A DNA stretch of 64,000 nucleotides from Octopus sinensis. Its lineage: Eukaryota. Positions 63,236 through 64,000 of this stretch are shown here, one piece after another. The translations under genes were made by a program, and so were the position numbers. The notes under the pieces are model-generated. The model searched no databases and was not told the origin of the DNA. It saw nothing but the letters and a program-made list of their open reading frames with translations. The stretch spans positions 197,594,001 through 197,658,000 of the forward strand of contig NC_042997.1 in assembly GCF_006345805.1 (NCBI RefSeq), written 5' to 3'. Numbering within the stretch: the stretch's first letter is position 1; each line of letters starts with the position of its first letter.

Positions 63236-63565
63236 AATAATTATATATACAGGATTGAGGTAACTCCTCCAGAAGATGTAGAGTCAAAAGTAAAAGAAGA
63301 GTGCTATTGTCATCTAGTAAACGATATTTCGACATCTCGTTTGTCTTCAACAGGTTCAAAAAATAATTTTGTCTATCTACTTCATTTTGGCACTTTTCTT
63401 TTAATTTTGATTCTATATGTTCTGGAGGAGTTACCTCAATCCTTTATATATTAACCAAAATGAAGTAGATTGACAAAATTAGCTTTTGAACCTGTTGAAG
63501 ACACACGAGATGTCGAATTATCGTTCACTAGATGACTAATAATGATGATGAGGATAATAATAATG

Positions 63566-63631
<66 letters not shown>

Positions 63632-63633
<2 letters not shown>

Positions 63634-64000
63634 TGATAAGTGAATTGAGAAACCTAGATAGAAAAATCAGAAAACTACTAACAGAAACAAACTACATTGA
63701 CACACTGGCCTCAGATGACAACATAGCAGAAATCGTCAGAGAGACAAAAAAACAACATGATAACTGAATTACAAAAGATAATAAAGAAGAACTGGCCAAT
63801 ACCTTGCAAGGCTTGACAGAGGGGAAGTGAGGCCAAGTAAAAGCCAACAAAAGCTCAAAAGCTCTGAACCAAAAACCGAAACGGAAGGACTGATTCTCAC
63901 AGCACAAGACCAATACCTGACTGCAAGCAATTATAGAAACAAAATAATGAAAACCGGCCTCAACACCAAATGCAGAATGAAACAGTTGATCACATCATCC
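63632..64000 (+). mobile_element. R4/Dong-type LINE fragment starting in (TAA)n and running off the right edge
   Basis: ETEGLILTAQDQYL...KCR...ETVDHII motif. Confidence 0.8.

Overview
Repeat-rich, AT-rich animal genomic DNA, most likely an octopus or other coleoid cephalopod. That is inferred from the SINE families and microsatellite load and was not verified by search. One protein-coding gene is supported: NAE1 (APP-BP1, NEDD8-activating enzyme regulatory subunit) on the minus strand. Its coding exons 1-9 (ATG at 16246, last visible exon 280-342) have GT-AG boundaries and splice to 235 open codons; the gene runs off the left edge. The rest is a mosaic of tRNA-derived SINEs, CR1/L2, RTE and R4/Dong-type LINE fragments, mariner/Tc1, hAT-, Merlin- and piggyBac-like MITEs, non-autonomous Helitrons and microsatellites. 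Almost all entries in the ORF track are microsatellite or TE artefacts. Main observations: (1) a tandem pair of about 260-290 nt elements in NAE1 intron 7, sense to the pre-mRNA, each joining a tRNA-like Pol III head to an intact minimal hammerhead ribozyme of Penelope type, with further hammerhead-like motifs elsewhere; (2) SINEs that inserted as one head plus N tandem 184-bp bodies, one with a perfect 17-bp TSD; (3) REL-type LINEs sitting in (CATA)n versus (TAA)n microsatellites; (4) a 6.6-kb inversion with inverted duplications at both breakpoints; (5) a pre-miRNA-like hairpin in NAE1 intron 5. All alignments and folds were done by eye, and TE family names rest on motif recognition, not database hits.
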